This document shows, one piece after another, positions 63,739 to 64,000 of a stretch of 64,000 nt of DNA. The position numbers and the translations under genes were made by a program. How positions within the stretch are numbered: position 1 is the first letter of the stretch; each line of letters opens with the position of its first letter. The notes below the pieces were generated by a model. It ran no database searches, was not told the origin of the DNA, and worked only from the letters and a program-made list of their open reading frames with translations. Where the stretch lies: the NCBI RefSeq assembly GCF_009914755.1, contig NC_060940.1. One strand, written 5' to 3'. Source of the DNA: the human T2T-CHM13v2.0 reference genome, Homo sapiens.

Positions 63739-64000
63739 TCACCCATGGTCCAAAAATGTCAAATGGTAAATTCCAGCAATAAGCAATTCATAAGTTTTAT
63801 ATTGTGTGCTGTTTTCAGTAGCATGATAGACTCTCCAGCCATCCCATTCCATCCCATCCACAACATGAATATCCCTTTGTCTAGTGTATCTACACTGTAT
63901 ATGCTATGTGCCCATTAGTCACTGACTTCATCTCCTCCTGATATCCAACCAACATCATCATCAAGGCTCATTAATCCAAGATTACTGGAAGCAGATGATC

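Larger units (their letters stand above)
62448..64000 (+). mobile_element. MER44 (TcMar-Tigger) DNA transposon split by two LTRs; runs off the window
   Basis: TA|CAGTAATGCTCCCATATCC terminus, resumes at 63325-63367 and from 63739 (aaatggtaaattccagcaataagcaattcataagtttt). Confidence 0.82.

Overview
Repeat-dense primate (human-like) genomic DNA; nothing prokaryotic. The minus strand carries the 3' part of a duplicated, intron-containing ANKRD26-family gene, most likely ANKRD26P1. I trace 11 short or medium exons with GT-AG ends and matching phases between 61920 and 6552, plus one large exon disrupted by three retrotransposon insertions. The only lesion in the 11-exon chain is a TAA-TTT-TGA double stop at 49085-49093. 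Downstream of it, a hand-spliced 687-codon frame stays open. The introns hold a full-length L1PA4-like element whose antisense ORF0 is open and co-oriented with the gene, older L1s, many Alus, a BC200 retrocopy, MER30, MER44, MER21, THE1 and MLT1. Positions 50-5636 are an internally deleted class I ERV with two LTRs and a tRNA-His-like PBS. Best leads: (1) the long open frame and two routes around its stop (183-nt two-exon skip; L1 ORF0 fusion); (2) a TSD-bounded AluJ + ~380-nt + polyA insertion that resembles a 3' transduction. Family, subfamily and gene names come from recall, not database searches.
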